From contig JAJNQA010000021.1 in NCBI GenBank assembly GCA_021155085.1, positions 2,875 to 66,874 of the forward strand: 64,000 nucleotides of DNA. Direction: 5' to 3'. The notes beneath the pieces were generated by a model, which did no database searches, was not told the origin of the DNA, and saw only the letters and a program-made list of their open reading frames with translations. Below are positions 58,396 through 64,000 of this stretch, one piece after another; the first letter of the stretch is position 1; every line of letters starts with the position of its first letter. Origin of the DNA: Heliomicrobium sp. GTDB lineage: Bacteria > Acidobacteriota > Blastocatellia > RBC074. A program made the position numbers and the translations under genes.

Positions 58396-59571
58396 ATGTC
58401 ACAGGCAACCAGGCAGGCTTTGGACATTCCGACTTTTCCTTATTTCACCGAAGAACATGGCATGTTGCGCGAAACTGTCAAACAGTTCAGCGAACGCGAA
58501 ATCGCGCCGTACGCCGAAGAATGGGATGAAGCAGGCATCTTCCCGCGCGAGTTGTTCAAGAAAGCCGGCGACCTGGGCCTGTTCGGCATTCGCACCGATC
58601 CGCGCTGGGGCGGCAACGGCCTGGACTGGTGGGCGACGGCGGCTTATCTGGAAGGTTTGTCCTACGCCAACAACGGCGGCGTGGTGATGGCGCTGATGGT
58701 GCAATCGGACATGACCTTGCCAGTGCTGGAAGAATTGGGAACCGATGAACAGCGCGAACTATTTCTGAAACCTGCCGTCGCCGGAGACTTCATCGCCGCG
58801 CTGGGCGTCAGCGAACCCGGCGGCGGTTCGGATGTGGCGAACCTCAAAACCCGCGCGGTAGTTGACGGCGAGGATTTCGTCATCTCCGGCCAGAAGCTTT
58901 GGATCACCAACGGCACGCGCTCGGACTTCATTCTGCTGGCTGTTCGCACCGGCGAAGAAGGTTACAAAGGCATTTCCTTCGTCGTTTTCCCGACCTCCAC
59001 GCCCGGCTTCAGCATCGGCAAAAAGCTGAAAAAAGTCGGCAACCTGTCATCAGACACGGCGGAACTGTTTTTCGACAATTGCCGCATTCCGCGCCGTTAC
59101 CTGCTGGGCGAATTGAACAAGGGTTTTTATTACGTGATGCAGAACTTTCAGGGCGAACGGTTGGTGGCGGCGCTGGGCGCGGTTTACAAGATGGAACGCG
59201 CCATCGAATACGCCGTCGCTTATGGCAAGGAACGCAAAGCCTTCGGCCAGCCCATCGGTTCGTTTCAGGTCTGGCGGCACAAATTCGCCGAGCATCTGGC
59301 CAGCGTCGAAGCCGCAAAATGGCTTTGTTATCGCGCGCTGGATTTGATCAACCGGGGCGAACCCGCCGTCAAGGAAATCACGATGGCCAAGCTGTTCTGC
59401 TGCGATCTGGATCAAAAAGTGATGTACGACTGCATGCAGATTATGGGCGGATTCGCCTACACCACGGAATATCCGATTGGCCGCGCCTGGCGTGACGCGA
59501 GATTGAACACCATCGGCGGCGGCGCTTCGGAAATCATGAAAGAGATCATCGCCAAACAGTGCAAACTATAA
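58396..59571 (+). CDS. Acyl-CoA dehydrogenase (isovaleryl-CoA dehydrogenase-like).
   Basis: ACAD N, middle and C-terminal domains are present, including the catalytic-base region near [22 protein letters not shown]. Confidence 0.8.
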   Translation: MSQATRQALDIPTFPYFTEEHGMLRETVKQFSEREIAPYAEEWDEAGIFPRELFKKAGDLGLFGIRTDPRWGGNGLDWWATAAYLEGLSYANNGGVVMALMVQSDMTLPVLEELGTDEQRELFLKPAVAGDFIAALGVSEPGGGSDVANLKTRAVVDGEDFVISGQKLWITNGTRSDFILLAVRTGEEGYKGISFVVFPTSTPGFSIGKKLKKVGNLSSDTAELFFDNCRIPRRYLLGELNKGFYYVMQNFQGERLVAALGAVYKMERAIEYAVAYGKERKAFGQPIGSFQVWRHKFAEHLASVEAAKWLCYRALDLINRGEPAVKEITMAKLFCCDLDQKVMYDCMQIMGGFAYTTEYPIGRAWRDARLNTIGGGASEIMKEIIAKQCKL

Positions 59572-59750
59572 GTGCAGCAGCCAACAGGTGCCGGGACCAA
59601 TCGGGAACGAGAACCGCTACGCCATCGCTGTCTTGAAGCATTTGGCGCGTTGTGCAATGGGTAGTTTTCCAGTTGTGATTGCTCCTCCGACCCACGCGAA
59701 GGCCCAATGAAATTTGCCAGCGGCGCTGGCCATCACAGGAGTTTTGATAA

Positions 59751-60293
59751 ATGACTTTCTGCCTTACCTTCATCCTTCTGATCATTTCCGCCTTTTTTCA
59801 ATCCCCAAAGACTGCACAACCCAACGAACTTCCGCCAGAATGGTTTGGTGATTGGTCGGGAACACTGATCATTCCATCTGCCAAAGTCAGACAGGAAGTT
59901 CCAATGGAACTGCATATCCACCCCATCAAAGGCGAACAAGTGTATCAATGGCAGATCGTCTACGGTTCGGGCGACAAAAAGAACGTGCGCAATTACAAAC
60001 TACTGCCTCAATCAGACAAACCCGGCACTTTTGTTCTGGATGAAGTAAACGGCATTTTGCTGGACTGCCGCCTGATGGGAAACGTGATGTTCAGCCAGTT
60101 CAAAGTCGGCGACGTGTTGCTGACAACACGCGAAGAATTGCGCGACGGAAAATTATTCTCGGAAATCATCACGTCCAGGTTCAGTTCGCCGCGTATTACC
60201 GGCGACAAGGGCAAAGAAACCGAAGTTCTCTCGTATCCGCTGCAATCCATTCAATACGCCACGTTAACCAAACAGAACCCCGCCGCCAAATGA
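59751..60293 (+). CDS. Hypothetical secreted protein.
   Basis: Signal peptide [22 protein letters not shown]. No family recognised. Confidence 0.4.
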   Translation: MTFCLTFILLIISAFFQSPKTAQPNELPPEWFGDWSGTLIIPSAKVRQEVPMELHIHPIKGEQVYQWQIVYGSGDKKNVRNYKLLPQSDKPGTFVLDEVNGILLDCRLMGNVMFSQFKVGDVLLTTREELRDGKLFSEIITSRFSSPRITGDKGKETEVLSYPLQSIQYATLTKQNPAAK

Positions 60294-60304
60294 AGGAGTG
60301 CGTT

Positions 60305-60883
60305 ATGCATCCACAATTCGAAGAACCAATGAGTTGGTTTCCCATTCCCGCCGAAGATCAATTGCCTGAAAGCCTGCAGGGCTTGTTCAAAAAGGCCCGA
60401 GAGAAAGTCGGCTTCGTGCCGAACGTCTTTCGCGTCTACAGCTTTCGGCCAGAACGCTTCAGCGCGTGGTTTGCGCATTACAAACAACTTCACGAGCCAA
60501 CCGAAAACCTGAGCGCCGCCGAGCGCGAAATGATCGCCGTCGCCGTTTCGATGGCCAACGGCTGTTTGTATTGTCTGGTCGCGCACGGCGCAGCGCTGCG
60601 GCAAACGCTGGGCGATCCGATCCAGGCCGACCGCATTACGCTTGATTACAAACGCGCGGGCCTGGACGCCAAAATGGAAGCCGTGCTGGATTTCGCCGTG
60701 CTGCTGACCGAATCGCCGGTCAATGCATCGCCCGTGGACATCGCGCATCTGCAAAGCTTCGGCCTGACGCTGGAAGAAGTCTGGGACGTGATCGAAATCG
60801 CCGCGATGTACAACTTCACGAATCGCATGGCTTCGGCGACGGGGATGATCCCGAACCGCGAATACCACGCTTTGGCAAGATAG
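60305..60883 (+). CDS. Carboxymuconolactone decarboxylase/AhpD-like (peroxidase-related) family protein.
   Basis: AAGGAG sits 6 nt upstream of the ATG. The CxxCxxxH-type motif [15 protein letters not shown] is present. Confidence 0.7.
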   Translation: MHPQFEEPMSWFPIPAEDQLPESLQGLFKKAREKVGFVPNVFRVYSFRPERFSAWFAHYKQLHEPTENLSAAEREMIAVAVSMANGCLYCLVAHGAALRQTLGDPIQADRITLDYKRAGLDAKMEAVLDFAVLLTESPVNASPVDIAHLQSFGLTLEEVWDVIEIAAMYNFTNRMASATGMIPNREYHALAR

Positions 60884-60885
60884 GT

Positions 60886-60915
60886 GGTAGGTTATAGGTG
60901 ACAGGTTGCAGGTGG
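60886..60915. repeat. Left arm of an imperfect inverted repeat flanking four-helix-bundle gene copy 2.
   Basis: taggttataggtgacaggttgcagg matches the reverse complement of 61352..61381 (taggttgtaggtgacaggttgtagg) at 23 of 25 positions. Confidence 0.65.
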
Positions 60916-60957
60916 TGGGATTGAAAAACTCAGCAACAATTCAGCTAGGAGGAAACT

Positions 60958-61323
60958 ATGAAAATTCAGAGTTACCGTGATCTGTTGGTTTGGCAGAAAG
61001 CGATGGAACTGGTCGTTGAATGCTATAAGTTCGTCAGCAGCCTGCCCAAAAATGAAACTTATGGTTTGATCAGCCAAGTGCAACGCGCAGCCGTATCAAT
61101 CCCTGCCAACATCGCCGAAGGACAAGGACGTGATCATTTAGGTGATTACCTTCGTCATCTTTCCATTGCCAATGGATCGTTAAAAGAATTGGAGACGCAC
61201 TTGCTCCTGATTGGGCGGCTGGGCTACCGCCCGGAACAAGACGCCGAACCGATGCTTGTGCAGTGCGCCGAAGTCGGCAAAATGCTGTCCGGCCTTTCAA
61301 AAAGTCTGAGAGGCAACCGGTAA
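60958..61323 (+). CDS. Four-helix-bundle protein (TIGR02436 family), copy 2.
   Basis: Contains [19 protein letters not shown]...[20 protein letters not shown]. Flanked by the 25-bp inverted repeat. Confidence 0.75.
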   Translation: MKIQSYRDLLVWQKAMELVVECYKFVSSLPKNETYGLISQVQRAAVSIPANIAEGQGRDHLGDYLRHLSIANGSLKELETHLLLIGRLGYRPEQDAEPMLVQCAEVGKMLSGLSKSLRGNR

Positions 61324-61351
61324 ATAAAGCATTCGTTATCTGCAGCCACTT

Positions 61352-61381
61352 CCTACAACCTGTCACCTACAACCTACAACC
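61352..61381. repeat. Right arm of the inverted repeat flanking four-helix-bundle gene copy 2.
   Basis: cctacaacctgtcacctacaacctacaacc, the reverse complement of the left arm. It also contains cctacaacc direct repeats. Confidence 0.65.
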
Positions 61382-61391
61382 TGGAGAACGC

Positions 61392-63131
61392 ATGGCAATC
61401 AAAAACGAGTTGGCGCACTGGGAAGCCGAGGACTTCGGCATTCAACTGATTGATCTGACCGTCGGCGATTTGCTGGATCAACGCGCCAGCGAAATCCCGG
61501 ACAAGGAGGCATTGGTCTACAACTATCCTGAATTCGGGTTGGAACTGCGGCTAACTTACGCCGAGTACTGCAATGCGGTCAATCAACTGGCGAAGGGCTT
61601 GATGGCGCTCGGCATTGAAAAAGGCGATCACGTCGCGGTTTGGGCGACAAACCTGCCGGAATGGATTTTCCTGGAAATGGCGCTGGCCAAAATCGGCGGC
61701 GTGCTGGTGACGGTCAACACCAACTACCGCGCGGCGGAAATCGAATACGTGCTGCGGCAGGGTGACATCAAGGCGCTGTTTTTGATCGAAGAGTTTCGCG
61801 GCAATTCATATCTGGAATCCGTTTACGCCGCCGCGCCGGAGTTGAAAGACATGAGCGATTCCATCAGCCACGAATTACAAAGCGAGAAACTCCCTCGGCT
61901 GAAGCGGGTCGTCTTGATTGGCTCCAAAGCGCTGGATGCTCCGAAGCCGGGCGTGATGCTTTATTCGCAGGTCCTGGCATTGGCTGACAGCGTCTCCAGC
62001 GAAGAGTTGCAAGCCAGACAGGCCAGCGTTAGTCCGCAGGATGTGGCGCAAATTCAATTCACCAGCGGCACGACGGGGTTTCCAAAAGGCGTTATGCTGA
62101 CGCATCACAGCCTGATCAACCAATCGCACGTGGCAGCGGCGCGCGGCGATTTGCGCGCCACCGAACGTTATGTGACGGCAATGCCTTTCTTCCATATCGC
62201 GGGCAGCCTGGGCGGAATCATCTATGCCACTTTTCTGGGTTGCACGCTGGTTCCGCTGATTGCCTTCGATCCGGTCAAGCATCTGGAACTGTTCGACAAG
62301 GAAAAAGGCTCGTTCACCTTCGCCGTCCCAACGATGCTGGTGGCCATGCTCAATCATCCGCGCTTTGGCGAATTTGACCTTTCGGCAGTCCGTTCAATCT
62401 TCACCGGCGCAACGCCCGTTCCGGTCGTGGTGATGGAACAAATCAAGGAACGAATTGGCGCGGATTGTTCGATTGTTTTCGGAATGACGGAAACCTGCGG
62501 CGCGGTGACGCAATCGTTTTACACCGACAGCTTCGAACTGAAAGCCGCCACCGTCGGACTGCCCATTCCGCACACTGCGATCAAGATTGTGAATCCGGCG
62601 ACCGGCGAAACCTGCAACTGCGGGGAATCGGGCGAACTGTGGACGAAGGGTTTCTCGAACATGGCGGGCTACTACAAAATGCCTGACAAGACGGCGGAAA
62701 CACTGGATGAAGACGGCTGGCTGCATTCGGGTGACCTAGCCGTGATGCGCCCGGATGGCTACATCAACATCGTCGGGCGCGTTAAGGACATGATCATTCG
62801 CGGCGGCGAAAATATTTATCCGGCGGAAATCGAAGCTTTCCTGATGCGCCATCCGAAAATCGCCGAAGCGCAAATCATCGGCATCCCTGATTCGTTTATG
62901 GGCGAAGAGGTCTGCGCAATGATCCGGTTGAAACCCGGCCTGGAGGCAACCGAAGACGAACTCCGCGAACACTGCCAGGCAAACATCAGCCGCCACAAAG
63001 TGCCGAAGCATTTCCGATTTGTCGAATCGTTTCCGTTGACGGCCAGCGGCAAAGTCCAGAAGTTCGTTCTGCGCGAACAGTTGATCAAGGAAATGGGCCT
63101 GGAGAACGTGGCGGGGATGAAGACGGCTTGA
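61392..63131 (+). CDS. AMP-dependent acyl-CoA synthetase/ligase.
   Basis: AMP-binding motif [11 protein letters not shown] and TGDLA...DGY...GRVKD are present. GGAGAA lies upstream of the ATG at 61392. Confidence 0.8.
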   Translation: MAIKNELAHWEAEDFGIQLIDLTVGDLLDQRASEIPDKEALVYNYPEFGLELRLTYAEYCNAVNQLAKGLMALGIEKGDHVAVWATNLPEWIFLEMALAKIGGVLVTVNTNYRAAEIEYVLRQGDIKALFLIEEFRGNSYLESVYAAAPELKDMSDSISHELQSEKLPRLKRVVLIGSKALDAPKPGVMLYSQVLALADSVSSEELQARQASVSPQDVAQIQFTSGTTGFPKGVMLTHHSLINQSHVAAARGDLRATERYVTAMPFFHIAGSLGGIIYATFLGCTLVPLIAFDPVKHLELFDKEKGSFTFAVPTMLVAMLNHPRFGEFDLSAVRSIFTGATPVPVVVMEQIKERIGADCSIVFGMTETCGAVTQSFYTDSFELKAATVGLPIPHTAIKIVNPATGETCNCGESGELWTKGFSNMAGYYKMPDKTAETLDEDGWLHSGDLAVMRPDGYINIVGRVKDMIIRGGENIYPAEIEAFLMRHPKIAEAQIIGIPDSFMGEEVCAMIRLKPGLEATEDELREHCQANISRHKVPKHFRFVESFPLTASGKVQKFVLREQLIKEMGLENVAGMKTA

Positions 63132-63216
63132 GATCAACGCGACAGCTCTTCAAGCTTCCATCCCCGGTTTCGGATATCTCCCCTGCTGTCAACCAACAAC
63201 ATTGACTGGAGCGTTT

Positions 63217-63912
63217 TTACGCCTTCTGCGACGCGGAAGCTTTGCGATCCGCCATCGCCGACCGCAGCAACGTGATTGCGGTGTATACGACTACCACTAC
63301 CACCAACCAGCGGACGTATTTCAGATCCATCTCCTTGACGATGTAGGCCGCAATCAGCACCGCAGGAATACCACCCAGCGCCAGTCCCAGCGCGGCTTTC
63401 AGATTGAAACTGCCTTTCTGGATGAACTGCGTGCTGCCGACCGGCATCAGAAAGGCGCAGGACCCCATCATGATTGGAAAGGCGGCTTTCGGATTCATGC
63501 CGAGCAGACTGATCATAATCAGGCAAGGGCCGTACAATCCGATGCCCAGCGACATTAGCGCGCCCAGTGTGAAATTGCCGATAATGCCAATCAACAGTTT
63601 GATGCCATGCAATCCCATGTCCGTGCCACCAGAGGCGCTTTTGTTGAACAGCGTCATCAGCGTCAATCCGGCAGCAACCAGCAGCGCGATTCCCATACCG
63701 ATCTGAATTGTGCGGCGTGGCAATCGCGAAACAACACCTGCGCCCAGCCACATTCCCAGCACGGACGCGGCAATTAACGCGATCAACGTCGTCATCTCGA
63801 CTTCGACGATGGCGATGTAGATGAACGCCTGTGTGATCGTGGGCAACGTATGACCGACGTTGAGCGTGCCAGGCAGCCATTCATCTTTTACCAGCTTCCA
63901 GAACTTGTACAT
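63217..63912 (-). CDS. TauE/SafE-family sulfite/anion exporter (membrane).
   Basis: Polytopic membrane protein with Gly-rich TM helices (GMGIALLVAAGLTLMTL, LGALMSLGIGLYGP). Confidence 0.65.
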   Translation of the reverse strand: MYKFWKLVKDEWLPGTLNVGHTLPTITQAFIYIAIVEVEMTTLIALIAASVLGMWLGAGVVSRLPRRTIQIGMGIALLVAAGLTLMTLFNKSASGGTDMGLHGIKLLIGIIGNFTLGALMSLGIGLYGPCLIMISLLGMNPKAAFPIMMGSCAFLMPVGSTQFIQKGSFNLKAALGLALGGIPAVLIAAYIVKEMDLKYVRWLVVVVVVYTAITLLRSAMADRKASASQKA

Positions 63913-64000
63913 CGAAGTCGTGGTCGCGAACGAACCGATCCCCAGCGTGTCGAAGAAATTGGCGATGAAACCAATTGCGGTGTGTAGCGCTCCGGGAGCA

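Noticed and set aside
63134-63880. 248-aa minus-strand ORF overlapping the TauE gene in another frame.
   Set aside because: The 63217..63912 frame encodes a coherent polytopic membrane protein, whereas this frame is R/H/G-rich off-frame translation.

Overview
High-GC (~60%) bacterial chromosomal segment, most likely from an Acidobacteria-like organism. The clue is a Solibacter/Acidobacteria-type TIGR03437 C-terminal domain on an SBBP beta-propeller protein, plus several giant repeat-rich secreted proteins. Content in order: (i) a tandem triplet of cytochrome c (CxxCH)/PHM-like copper-monooxygenase fusion paralogs, the third having lost its Cu ligands; (ii) two secreted proteins with C-terminal FG-GAP/VCBS repeats, one of 2.6 kaa carrying ten near-identical Ig-like repeats; (iii) housekeeping genes (efp, Gfo/Idh/MocA oxidoreductase, HI0933-type flavoprotein, YceH, mtnA, tRNA-Cys); (iv) a same-strand FHA -> Ser/Thr kinase(FGE-sulfatase domain) -> secreted/TAT/membrane proteins -> DUF1800 -> GDPD gene string; (v) a lower-GC island holding a secreted protein of unknown family followed by a compact, non-canonical type II secretion/type IV pilus-like cluster (gspF/pilC, gspE/pilB, a secretin with a C-terminal cohesin-like domain, three GspG-like pseudopilins with long leaders, a PilM/GspL-like gene), a cytochrome c lipoprotein and an orphan anti-sigma factor; (vi) a leucine-catabolism-like block (methylcrotonyl-CoA carboxylase beta/alpha, acyl-CoA dehydrogenase, acyl-CoA ligase) interrupted by two four-helix-bundle (TIGR02436-type) genes, one bracketed by a 25-bp inverted repeat. 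No CRISPR array, transposase or integrase was seen. The most interesting candidates are the heme-Cu monooxygenase triplet, the atypical secretin/pseudopilin cluster with its adjacent cargo-like secreted protein (whose N-domain recurs in an FG-GAP protein 28 kb away), and the FHA-kinase operon.
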